53,093 nucleotides of DNA. It comes from Anaeromyxobacteraceae bacterium (GTDB lineage: Bacteria > Myxococcota > Myxococcia > Myxococcales > Anaeromyxobacteraceae). The notes beneath the pieces are model-generated. The model searched no databases, had not been told where the DNA came from, and saw only the letters and a program-made list of their open reading frames with translations. Shown in pieces: positions 38,416 through 48,600 of this stretch. Position 1 is the first letter of the stretch; each line of letters starts with the position of its first letter. Position numbers and translations under genes: made by a program. Where the stretch lies: NCBI GenBank assembly GCA_032654565.1, contig JAULAX010000008.1, positions 1 to 53,093 of the forward strand, in the 5' to 3' direction.

Positions 38416-38991
38416 TCAGCCCCGCAGCACCGGCCCCAGCGCCGCGATCAGCTCGGCGCTGACCCGGGCGTGGTTCAGCCTCCACTCGGCGTGGGCGTGC
38501 GGGCCGACCCGGTTGGCCACCGCCAGCGCCCCGGCCACCGGCACCCCGGCGGCGGCGGCGGCGGCGAAGACCCCGGTCAGCTCGAGGTGCTCGGCGGCGG
38601 CCAGCTGCGCCAGGCGGCGGGCCCCCTCCACGGTGCTGGTGATGCCCGGCGGCACCGCCACCGGGTGGGCGGGGAAGGGGAGCGCCCAGCTCGAGTCCCA
38701 GCGCTTCACCTCCAGCTGGGGCTGGTAGGCGCGCCCCTCCAGCACGTCGAGCGAGGTGGCGATGGCCACCGAGGCGGAGAGCAGGTCGCCGACCGAGAGC
38801 CGCTCGTCGTAGGCCCCGCAGGTGCCGGCGAAGAGCACCCGCGCGAAGCGCTGCCCGGCCAGCAGCCGCGCCGTGACCGCGGCGGCGCCGAGCGCGCCCA
38901 CCCCGGTGAGGGCGACGCGCCAGCCGGGGGGCGGGGCGGCGTCGAGCCCGGCCAGCTCCGGCGGGAAGGCGGCGAGGAGGAGCGAGTCCAT
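38416..38991 (-). CDS. Nucleoside phosphorylase/nucleosidase family (PNP_UDP_1) protein
   Basis: LLAAFPPEL, TGVG, LFAGTCGAY, EHLE, VANRVG. Confidence 0.75.
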   Translation of the reverse strand: MDSLLLAAFPPELAGLDAAPPPGWRVALTGVGALGAAAVTARLLAGQRFARVLFAGTCGAYDERLSVGDLLSASVAIATSLDVLEGRAYQPQLEVKRWDSSWALPFPAHPVAVPPGITSTVEGARRLAQLAAAEHLELTGVFAAAAAAGVPVAGALAVANRVGPHAHAEWRLNHARVSAELIAALGPVLRG

Positions 38992-39184
38992 GCGGGAGGG
39001 AGTCTGGATCAGGCGGCCGTGGAAGGCCACCGGATCGTCGGCCCGGACCGGTACGACGGAGCGCTCCACGGGGCCGGCGACCGGCCTCGGGCCTGCACGG
39101 CCGGCGCGCCTTGAGCGCCACCCCCCGGCGCCCTAAGATTCCCGCTCCGCAAGGCGCCATGCCGGCGCCCGGGAAAGGTTCCGC

Positions 39185-40735
39185 GTGCCCAAGCTGAAGC
39201 CGGTCCTGCTGGTGGTCCTCGATGGCTGGGGGCTGCGCGCCCAGACCGACGCCAACGCCATCGCCCTCGCCGGCACGCCCAGCATGGACGCGCTGGCGCG
39301 CGAGTTCCCCACCACCGAGCTGCTCACCAGCGGCCTGTCGGTGGGGCTCCCCGAGGGGCAGATGGGCAACTCCGAGGTGGGCCACACCAACCTCGGCTGC
39401 GGCCGGATCGTCTACCAGGACCTGGTGCGCATCAACCGCGCCGTCGAGGACGGCTCCTTCTTCCAGAACGACGCGCTGGTGCTGGCCTGCCGCCGCGCCA
39501 AGGCCCACGGCGGCGCCCTCCACCTGGCCGGGCTGGTCTCCGACGGCGGCGTCCACTCCAGCCTGGAGCACCTGGCCGCCTGCGTGGAGCTGGCCCGGCG
39601 CGAGGGCGTGGCCCGCTGCTTCGTCCACGCCTTCATGGACGGGCGCGACACCCCGCCCTCCTCCGGCGCCGGCTTCATGCGGGCGCTGGAGCAGCGGCTC
39701 GGCGCCACCGGCCACGGCCGGGTGGCCACCGTCCACGGCCGCTACTACGCCATGGACCGCGACAAGCGCTGGGACCGGGTGGCGCTGGCCTGGGCCGCCA
39801 TGGTGCGCGGCGAGGGCTACCGGGCCGGGAGCGGGGTGGCCGCCGTCGAGGCCTCCTACGCCCACGGCGAGACCGACGAGTTCATCAAGCCGACGGTGGT
39901 GGTCGACGCCGACGGCAAGCCGGTCGGCCTGGTCAGGGACGGCGACGCCGTCCTCTTCTTCAACTTCCGCTCCGACCGGGCCCGCGAGCTGACCCGGGCG
40001 CTGGCCGAGCCGGACTTCAAGGAGTTCGAGCGGCCGGTGGTGCCGAAGCTGTCGGCCTACGTCTGCATGACCCAGTACGACGAGACCTTCCCCTGGCCGG
40101 TGGCCTTCCCGCCGCAGGCGCTGGAGCAGATCTTCCCGGAGCTGGTGAGCAAGGCCGGCCTGAAGCAGCTGCGCTGCGCCGAGACCGAGAAGTACGCCCA
40201 CGTCACCTTCTTCTTCAACGGCGGGCGGGAGACCGTCTACCCGGGCGAGGAGCGGATCCTGGTGCCCAGCCCGCGCGAGGTGAAGACCTACGACCTGAAG
40301 CCGGAGATGAGCGCCCGCGAGGTGACCGACAAGCTGGTGACGGCGCTCGGCACCGGCACGTATGGCTTCGGGCTGGTCAACTTCGCCAACCCGGACATGG
40401 TGGGCCACACCGGCATCCTCGAGGCGGCGATGAAGGCGGTGCGGGTGGTGGACGAGTGCGTCGGCCGGCTCTGGCAGGCGGCGCGCGCCCAGGGGATGGC
40501 CATGCTGGTGACCGCCGACCACGGCAACTGCGAGCTGATGACCGATCCGGTCACCGGGCAGCCGCACACCGCCCACACCCTCAACCCGGTGCCGTTCATC
40601 CTCGCCGACCCCGACTACCGCGGGGCCAAGCTGCGGTCGAAGGGGGTGCTGGCGGACGTGGCGCCCACCGCGCTGCAGGTGATGGGGCTGCCCCAGCCGA
40701 AGGAGATGAAGGGGCTGGGGTTGCTGCAGCGGTAG
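39185..40735 (+). CDS. gpmI: 2,3-bisphosphoglycerate-independent phosphoglycerate mutase
   Basis: LDGWG, QMGNSEVGH, SDGGVHS, AETEKYAHVTFF, NPDMVGHTG, TADHGN. Confidence 0.97.
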   Translation: MPKLKPVLLVVLDGWGLRAQTDANAIALAGTPSMDALAREFPTTELLTSGLSVGLPEGQMGNSEVGHTNLGCGRIVYQDLVRINRAVEDGSFFQNDALVLACRRAKAHGGALHLAGLVSDGGVHSSLEHLAACVELARREGVARCFVHAFMDGRDTPPSSGAGFMRALEQRLGATGHGRVATVHGRYYAMDRDKRWDRVALAWAAMVRGEGYRAGSGVAAVEASYAHGETDEFIKPTVVVDADGKPVGLVRDGDAVLFFNFRSDRARELTRALAEPDFKEFERPVVPKLSAYVCMTQYDETFPWPVAFPPQALEQIFPELVSKAGLKQLRCAETEKYAHVTFFFNGGRETVYPGEERILVPSPREVKTYDLKPEMSAREVTDKLVTALGTGTYGFGLVNFANPDMVGHTGILEAAMKAVRVVDECVGRLWQAARAQGMAMLVTADHGNCELMTDPVTGQPHTAHTLNPVPFILADPDYRGAKLRSKGVLADVAPTALQVMGLPQPKEMKGLGLLQR

Positions 40736-40836
40736 GGGTGGGGCGGGGCGATGACGGACGCGCTCCCCGATGAGGAGCCCCCGCTCCGGCCCCGCTCCCC
40801 GAAGCGGTAGACTCACGGCTTCACCCGGAGGCCAGC

Positions 40837-42294
40837 GTGAGCACCTGGGACTGCCAGATCTTCCTCGACCCAGCCAGCCGCGAGCCGGTCTACCTCCAGA
40901 TCGTCCGGGCCGTCGTCGAGGGGATCCAGCGGGGGCGCCTGGTGGCGGGGGATCCCGTGCCGGGCATCCGCACGCTGGCGGAGCAGCTCGACGTCTCCCG
41001 CAACACCGTCATGGCGGCCTACCGCGAGCTGCAGGCGCAGGGGTGGCTCACCCTCACGCAGCGCTCCGGAACCACGGTGGCCGCCCGGCTCCCGGTGCAT
41101 GCCGCGGCGGCCCGGCCGGCCGGGGGGGCCGGCTTCGACCTTCGCGACGCGACCGAGACCAAGGGCCCCACCGCCGGGGCCGACCTGCTCCAGGTGGCGA
41201 CCGGCAACCCGGATCCGCGCCTCCTCCCTTCAGCCGCGCTCGCCCAGGCCTACCGGCGCGCCCTCACGCTCAACAAGGGGGCCGCGCTGGCGGTGGACGA
41301 TCCCCAGGGGCACCCGCGACTGCGAGCGGCGCTCGCCGCCATGCTCGCCAGCACCCGCGGCCTGGCCACCGACCCCGGACGGCTGCTGGTCACGCGTGGC
41401 AGCCAGATGGCGCTCTACCTGGTGGCGCAGGCCCTGCTTCGCCCGGGCGACGTGGTGGCGGTGGAGGCGCTCGGCGATCGAAACGCCTGGGAGGCCTTCA
41501 CCCGCGCCGGCGCCCGCTGCCTGCCGATCCCCGTCGACGAGGAGGGGCTCTCGCTCGACGCCCTCGAGGCGCTGGCCGCGTCGACGCCGCTGCGCGCCGT
41601 GCTGGTGACGCCCCGGCGGCAGTACCCGACGCTGGTGGACCTCTCGCCGGAGCGGCGGGCCCGACTCCTGGCGCTGGCCGAGCGCCACGGCATCGCCCTG
41701 CTCGAGTCCGACCTGGACTCCGAGTTTCAGTTCGAGGGGCACCCGGTCCCGCCGCTGGCGGCCCAGGATCGGGCCGGGGTGGTGGTGCACCTCGGCACCC
41801 TCTCCAAGGTCTTCAGCCCCGGGCTGCGGCTCGGTTACCTCCACGGCCCGGCGGCGCTGGTGGCCCAGGTGAAGGCGGTGCGGGCGGTGCTCGATCGCCA
41901 GGGGGACCCGGTGCTCGAGCGCGCCATGGCGGAGCTGATGGAGGACGGGGAGATCCAGCGCCACCTGAACCGCATGCACCGGGTCTACCGCCTGCGACGC
42001 GACGCGCTCTGCGCTGCGCTCACCCGGGAGCTGGGCGGCGACGTCGAGGTGACCGCGCCCACCGGCGGGCTGGCGCTCTGGGTCCGGGTGCGCGGCGACG
42101 TCGACGTGGACGCCTGGTCCTCGCGGGCCATCGAGGGCGGGGTGGCCTTCCAGGCCGGGCGCCGCTTCGCCTTCGACGCCGCGCCGGTCCAGGCGCTTCG
42201 GCTCGGCTTCTCGAACTACGAGGAGGCCCGCATCGCCGAGGTGGCCCGCCGCATGGCGGCGGCGCTGCCTGACCGATCGCGCCATCAGGCCTGA
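40837..42294 (+). CDS. MocR/GntR-family transcriptional regulator with PLP-dependent aminotransferase domain
   Basis: wHTH PGIRTLAEQLDVSRNTVMAAY; VTRGSQMAL; GTLSKVFSPGLRLGY; GGAGG RBS. Confidence 0.93.
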   Translation: MSTWDCQIFLDPASREPVYLQIVRAVVEGIQRGRLVAGDPVPGIRTLAEQLDVSRNTVMAAYRELQAQGWLTLTQRSGTTVAARLPVHAAAARPAGGAGFDLRDATETKGPTAGADLLQVATGNPDPRLLPSAALAQAYRRALTLNKGAALAVDDPQGHPRLRAALAAMLASTRGLATDPGRLLVTRGSQMALYLVAQALLRPGDVVAVEALGDRNAWEAFTRAGARCLPIPVDEEGLSLDALEALAASTPLRAVLVTPRRQYPTLVDLSPERRARLLALAERHGIALLESDLDSEFQFEGHPVPPLAAQDRAGVVVHLGTLSKVFSPGLRLGYLHGPAALVAQVKAVRAVLDRQGDPVLERAMAELMEDGEIQRHLNRMHRVYRLRRDALCAALTRELGGDVEVTAPTGGLALWVRVRGDVDVDAWSSRAIEGGVAFQAGRRFAFDAAPVQALRLGFSNYEEARIAEVARRMAAALPDRSRHQA

Positions 42295-42334
42295 CGCCTT
42301 GCGATGACGGTGGGTTGGAGGGGAGGATGCGGCG

Positions 42335-45300
42335 GTGCAACCGGGAACCCTCGATGGCCGCGTGGAGTTGCGGGAGCTCGTCGGTGAGGGCGGCATGGGC
42401 GAGGTGCACGCCGCCTGGGATCGCACGCTCGAGCGAGCCGTCGCGGTCAAGTTCGTCCGGGGCTCCGGTCCCCTCGACGCCGAGCGGCTGCTCCTGGAGG
42501 CCCGGCTCCAGGCCCGGGTCGAGCACCCCCACGTGGTCCGGGTCTTCGAGGTCGGCTCGCTCCAGGGCCGCCCCTGCATCCTCTTCCAGCTGGTCCGGGG
42601 CCGGAGCCTGGCCGAGCTCTCGGCCGGCCTGTCGCTCGCGGACCGGGTCGAGCTGGTCCGCCAGGCCTCCACCGGCCTGCACGCCGCCCACCTCCAGGGG
42701 CTGGTACACCGCGACGTCAAGCCGGGCAACATCCTGGTCGAGGAGGCCGAGGAGGGTGGTCGGACGGCGCTGGTCACCGACTTCGGCCTGGCCCACGCCG
42801 AGGAGGGCGGGCTGACCCGCTCCGGGCTGCTCCCTGGAACGCTCGACTTCATGGCGCCGGAGCAGCTGGCCGGCGAAGGGCCGGTCGACTTCCGGTCCGA
42901 CGTCTACGCGCTCGGGGCCACCCTCTACGCGGTGCTGGCGGGGCGGCCTCCCTTCCGCATCCCGTCGGCCGCGCCGGAGGCGGGCAGCGAGGGGCAGGTG
43001 CGGCTGCTCCACCGCATCCTCGGCGAGGAGCCGCCGCCGCTCACCAGCCTCGCCCCCGGCGTGCCCGGTGAACTGGCCGTCATCGTCGAGCACGCCATGG
43101 AGAAGGAGCCCGCGGCCCGCTATCCGAGCGCGCAGGCCTTCGCAGAGGACCTGGGGCGCTTCCAGCGCGGCGAACCCATCCGCGCCCGCCAGCCCACCTC
43201 GGGCCAGCGACTCGGCAAGTGGATCCGGAAGAACCGGACCGCCAGCCGGGCCATCGCGGCGGCGCTGGCGGTCCTGCTGGCGGCGGGAGCCTTCGCGCTC
43301 TGGCAATCGCGCCAGGCGGCCGTCGAGGCCCAGGAGGCGGCCCGGCTCGGCGCGGTCGCCTCGTCGCTGGAGAGCCGGCTGCTGAAGGAGTACCTCCTGC
43401 CGCCGCACGATCTCAGGCCGGCGCTGAAGGCGCTGCGGGCCGAGGTGGAGGCGCTCCGGCCGCTGGCGGCGCGCCCGCGCGGCGGGCCGGCCTCGTTCGC
43501 GCTCGGCATCGGGCTCGAGCTGCTCGGCGACCTCGACGGCGCCCGGGCCGCCTACGAGCGGGCCTGGTCGGCCGGGTTCCACAGCCCCAAGGTCTCCGAG
43601 GGGCTGGGGAACACCCTGGCCGGGCTCTACCGGGACCAGGCGCGGCGCGTCTACGGCACGCTCGAGCCGGCGGCCCGCGAGGCGCGCCTGAAGGTCTTGC
43701 AGGCCGAGCTCCGGGATCCGGCCGCGCTCCACCTCCAGGCGGCCGGCGCGGAGGGCGTTCGCCGCTCGCTCCTGCCGGCCTCGATCGCTCTCCTGGAGGG
43801 CGACCTGGTGTCGGCCCGGGCGCGGGCCGAGGAGGTCCTGGAGGGCGACGTGAACCGCTACGAGGCCCGGGCCCTCCAGGCGGAGGCCTGGCTCGAGGAG
43901 GCGGCACGGCTGCGCGGCGACGGCCGCCTCGAGGAGAGCCTGGAGCCCGCGGCGCGGGCCGTCGCGCTCCTCACCGAGGCCGAGCGCTGGGCCCGCAGCG
44001 ATCCGAGCCTGGGAAAGGCCCGCGTCCGGGCCCTCGAGGCCCGCGCCAGCGCCCTGGCGGAGCTGGGGAGGCCGGTGGCCGCGGAGCTGGCCGCGGTCAT
44101 GGAGGCCATCGAGCGGACGGCGCTGCTGGACCCGGACGATCCGGCCCTCCTGGTCTTGCGGGCCGACGCCCTCGCCCAGCAGGCCAGCGCGGCGCGCTTC
44201 TCCAAGACCCTGGCCAGGCTGCCCTGGCTCGAGGAGGCCGCCACCCTCTACCGCCGCGCCGCGGCCCTGGACGGTGGCCAGGTGGGGACGCTCTGCGGCC
44301 TGGCACGGGCCCTCTACGCCAAGGCGTACGTCTCGGTGGAGGCCGAGCCGGAGATCTTGCTCCATGACGTCGAGGAGGGGCTGGCGGCCGTGGCCCGGGC
44401 GGCGACTCGTGCCCCGCTCGATCCGGAGGTCTACCGGGCCCGGAGCCTGCTCCACGAGGTCGAGGCGGATCTCCTGTCGGCGCAAGGGAAGCCGGTGGAG
44501 GTGGCGCTGCGTGGAGCGGTGGCCGCGGGCGAGGAGGCGCTCCGGCTGCAGGTGCTCGGCAGCGCCAGGCTGCGCCCCAACGTGGCCACCACGCTCCTGC
44601 ACCTGGCTCGGGAGACCTGGCGGAACGGGCGAGATCCGCGGCCCGACCTGGAGCGGAGCCTGGCCGCCATGGAGGAGAGCTATCGCCTGCAGCCCGAGCT
44701 GCTGGCCACCGCCGGGAACCTGGCCTTCGCCCACGCGACCGCAGCGGTGGTGCTCATCCCCATGGGCGGGGAGGCCGGACCGCACCTCGCCCGGGGGCGA
44801 GCCGTCATCGCCGAGGCCATCGCCCGCCGGCCCGGACTTCCGGCGCTCGAGGCGGCGCAGGGTGGGATCATGGCCCTCGACGCGCTGCGGCTCTCCGATG
44901 CGGGTCAGGACCCTCGCGCGGTGGCCGCCGAGGCGGGTCGCCTGCTCGACTCGAGCCTGCGCGCCCTGCCGGAGAACGTGGCCGCCCAGGAGGCGCGAGC
45001 CAGCCTCTCCCTGTCCCTGGGGCGCTGGCGGGCCAGCCAGGGACTCGACCCGACGCAGGAGTTCGGGCGCGCCGAGCGGAACTTCGGGGAGATCGCGGCT
45101 CGCCCCAGCCCCGCCCACCCGCGGCTGAGCCACTACCGGCGCGCCGACGAGCTGCTGGCCCGGTGTGCCATCGCGCAGGCCCGGTGGCTTCAGCGCACCG
45201 GGAGGCCGGCGGCGCCGCCGGCGCGGACCGGACTCACGCATGTCGCCAAGGCCATCGGAATGCTGCCACGCGACCCGGAGCTCCGCGCCCTGCGCGCCGA

Positions 45301-45424
45301 GCTGCTCGCCTTCGCCGGCGAGCGCGCGGCGGCGCGGACCAGCCTGGACGAGGCCTACGCCATGCAGCCCCTGGTTCGAGGCGGCCTCGACGCCAGGGCC
45401 GCCGAGGCCGCGCTGGCGCGCTGA
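42335..45424 (+). CDS. Hanks-type Ser/Thr protein kinase with TM segment and TPR-like C-terminus
   Basis: GEGGMGEV, VAVK, HRDVKPGN, DFG, APE, SDVYALG; TM AIAAALAVLLAAGAFALW. Confidence 0.93.
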   Translation: MQPGTLDGRVELRELVGEGGMGEVHAAWDRTLERAVAVKFVRGSGPLDAERLLLEARLQARVEHPHVVRVFEVGSLQGRPCILFQLVRGRSLAELSAGLSLADRVELVRQASTGLHAAHLQGLVHRDVKPGNILVEEAEEGGRTALVTDFGLAHAEEGGLTRSGLLPGTLDFMAPEQLAGEGPVDFRSDVYALGATLYAVLAGRPPFRIPSAAPEAGSEGQVRLLHRILGEEPPPLTSLAPGVPGELAVIVEHAMEKEPAARYPSAQAFAEDLGRFQRGEPIRARQPTSGQRLGKWIRKNRTASRAIAAALAVLLAAGAFALWQSRQAAVEAQEAARLGAVASSLESRLLKEYLLPPHDLRPALKALRAEVEALRPLAARPRGGPASFALGIGLELLGDLDGARAAYERAWSAGFHSPKVSEGLGNTLAGLYRDQARRVYGTLEPAAREARLKVLQAELRDPAALHLQAAGAEGVRRSLLPASIALLEGDLVSARARAEEVLEGDVNRYEARALQAEAWLEEAARLRGDGRLEESLEPAARAVALLTEAERWARSDPSLGKARVRALEARASALAELGRPVAAELAAVMEAIERTALLDPDDPALLVLRADALAQQASAARFSKTLARLPWLEEAATLYRRAAALDGGQVGTLCGLARALYAKAYVSVEAEPEILLHDVEEGLAAVARAATRAPLDPEVYRARSLLHEVEADLLSAQGKPVEVALRGAVAAGEEALRLQVLGSARLRPNVATTLLHLARETWRNGRDPRPDLERSLAAMEESYRLQPELLATAGNLAFAHATAAVVLIPMGGEAGPHLARGRAVIAEAIARRPGLPALEAAQGGIMALDALRLSDAGQDPRAVAAEAGRLLDSSLRALPENVAAQEARASLSLSLGRWRASQGLDPTQEFGRAERNFGEIAARPSPAHPRLSHYRRADELLARCAIAQARWLQRTGRPAAPPARTGLTHVAKAIGMLPRDPELRALRAELLAFAGERAAARTSLDEAYAMQPLVRGGLDARAAEAALAR

Positions 45425-45617
45425 CGGCGCACCCTCCCCCCGAACCCGCCTGCCGTCGGGGCAGTGGTCGTCGTCGGCGCCGCTGGCCACCGCCCTGGTA
45501 CCACCGACTTCTCGGATCTGTTCCTTTCGCGCCGAAGGACGGCCCGCCAAGGTTCCGGACCACTGGCGGCCGCAGCAGCTTCGGCCGGAACCGGCCGGAC
45601 CCGCCCCGGGAGGGCAC

Positions 45618-48600
45618 ATGTCGACGATCCGCGCGCGCGTCCGCACCCTGGCCATCGCCCCCTTGCTCCTCGCCCTGGCCTGCTCCGGAAAGGGCGGCGG
45701 CACGCAGCCGGGCACGGTCACCGTGCCGAACGTGGTGGGGATGACCGAGACCAGCGCGGTCGCGAGCCTGGCCAGCGCCGGGCTGGTGGAGGGCGCGCGG
45801 ACGCAGGCCAGCAGCGCGACGCTGCCGGCGGGGAGCGTGGTCAGCCAGCACCCCGCGGCGGGCGCCACCGCGGCCCGCTCGTCGGCGGTGGACCTGGTCG
45901 TCTCCACCGGGCCCGCGAGCGTGACGGTCCCCAGCCTCACCGGCATGACCGAGGCGAACGCGCGGGCGACCCTCGCCACCGCCGGGCTGGTGGCGGGGAC
46001 CGTGACCCAGGCGCCCAGCGACCTCGTCGCCGCGGGACTCGTGCTGAGGCAGGTCCCGGCGGCCGGCGCCTCGGTCACGGCGGGCTCGCCGGTCGACCTC
46101 GTCGTCTCGCTCGGACCGCCTCCACTTCCGCCGGATCCGGCCACCGTCGCGACCCCGCTCGATCCCCGCGGGACCACCTCCTTCTTCGACGCCGTCGCCT
46201 TCCTCACCACCGGCGCCGACCCCGTCCAGCGCGGCGTCGCGGTGGGCGCCCTCAAGCCGCTGAACGTCTCCGCGCTGCGCGGGCGCGTCGTCGACCGCGC
46301 CGGAGCGCCCATCCCGGGCGTGCAGGTCGACGTGCTCGGGCACGCCGAGCTCGGCACCACCCTCACCCGGGCCGACGGGGTCTTCGACCTCCTGGTGAAC
46401 GGCGGCGGCCCGGTGATGCTCCGGTTCGTGAAGGGGGGGCTGCTGCCGGCGCAGCGCCAGGTGGTGCCGGACTGGCGGCGCTACCACTCGGTGCCCGACG
46501 TGGTGCTCGTCGCCCTCGATCCGAAGGCGACGCCCGTGGATCTCGGCGGCGGCGCCGTCGTGGTGGCGCAGGGCAGCACCACCACCGACGCCGACGGCAC
46601 GCGGACCCCGCTGCTGCTCTTCGCCCCGGGCACCGCCGCGGTGCTGGAGGATCCCGCCGGCGCGACGGTCCCCATCTCCCACCTCACCGTGCGCGCCACC
46701 GAGTACACCGTGGGAGCCTCGGGCCCGACCGCCATGCCCGCCGTCCTGCCGCCGACCACCGCCTACACCTACGCGGTGGAGTACTCCGTGGACGAGGCCA
46801 TCGCCGCCGGCGCCCGCGCGGTCCGCTTCAGTCAGCCGGTGGTCACCTACCTCGAGAACTTCCTGGGCTTCCCGGTGGGCGCGTCCGTCCCCTCGGGCTT
46901 CTACGACCGGGAGCGGGGGACATGGGTCCCACAACCCGACGGGCGCGTCGTCGCCGTGGTCGGCACCGACGGCGTCGGCGCCACGCTCGACGTGGACGGC
47001 TCGAACGCCGCCAGCTCGCCCGCGGCGCTCGCCGCCCTGGGGGTCACGGACGCGGAGCGCGCCAGGCTCGGGACGCTCTACGCCGCCGGGCAGAAGCTCT
47101 GGCGGGTCCCGGTGCGCCACTTCAGCCCCCACGACTTCAACCCCCCGGGCCTCCCGCCGCCCGACGCCGTGACCCCGAGCGTCGACCTGCCCAGCGACGA
47201 CACCGATCCCGACGATCCGTGCGGTGAGTCGGGCTCCATCATCGCCTGCGAGCACCGCTCCCTCGGGGAGCGGGTGCCGGTCCAGGGGACACCCTTCACG
47301 CTCAACTACTCGAGCGAGCGCATGGCAGGCGCCCGCACGCCGACCGTGATCGACGTGCCGCTCACCGGCGCGACCATCCCGGCGAGCGTGCTCGGCGTCC
47401 AGCTCCAGGCGTCGGCCATGGGGCGCAGCGTCTACCAAAGCTTCACGGCCGCCCCGAACCAGCGGGCGACGCTCAGCTGGGACCCCGTCGATCGGTTCGG
47501 CAGGCCGGTCAGCGGCGCCCAGCACCTGTCCGTCACCGTCAGCTACGCCTACCCCACCTATTACTGGCTTCCCCAGGGCGTGACGAACCTGCAGACCTTC
47601 ACGGCCCGTCCCGGCGAGTTCGCCGGCGTGCCCCTGGTCCTGCGCCCCGGCGGAGGCCTCCTCACCCTCGGCACCACCGTGGAGAGGACCTTCCACGTGG
47701 GCCGGCCCGGGCCGCGGATGGAGAACCTGGGTGGCTGGACGATCGACATCCACCACCAGTACGACCCGGAGGAGCGTGTCCTCTACACCGGCGACGGGCG
47801 GCGGCGGAGCGCCACCGGGAGCAAGCTCTCCCGCCTGGTCGAGCGGATCCCCGAGTGGCCACCCGCGGGCTTCCCGGCCACCGAGGTCCCGAGCGCGCTC
47901 GCGGTCGGCCCCGACGGCAGCCTGTACTTCGCCACCGGCTCCCACGCCGACGTGCGCCGGCGGTTCCCGGACGGAACGGTCCTGGTCGTGGCCGGCACGG
48001 GGGTTGCCGGCTTCTCGGGCGACGGTGGACCCGCCACCGCGGCGGGGTTCGACCAGGCCACCGGGCTGGCCCTGGGGCCGGACGGCAGCATCTACGTCAA
48101 GGACAGGTACCGGATCCGCCGCATCGACCCGGACGGCACCATCTCCACCTTCGCCGGCAACGGCGTCTTCGCCGACCCGGCCTGGGGCCAGCCGGCCGCG
48201 ACGTCACCGATCGGCAATGCCAAGGGACTGACGGCGGCGCAGGACGGCAGCGTCTACTTCTCCACCAGCACCGGGATCGCCCGGGTCGCGGCCGACGGCC
48301 TCCTGGCGCGCGCGGTCACCTTCCTGCCCTTCGGCAGCGTCTGCCCCACCGCCCGCCCGCCCCTCACGGCGCCACTCTCCACGGCCTGCTTCACCGAGGC
48401 CAACTTCCTCGCCGCCACCGCCGACGGCTCCCTGTACGTCGCCGACAAATCCTTCTACCGGCGCATCGGCCCCGACGGCACGGTCCGACTCCTGGGCGGC
48501 TTCAGGAACGGGGGGAGCTCCGCCCCGGTGGGCGGGCCCGCCATCGACGCCCGGATCAACGCCGGGCCGTTCCAGGTGGCACGGGATGGGAGCGTGTTCT

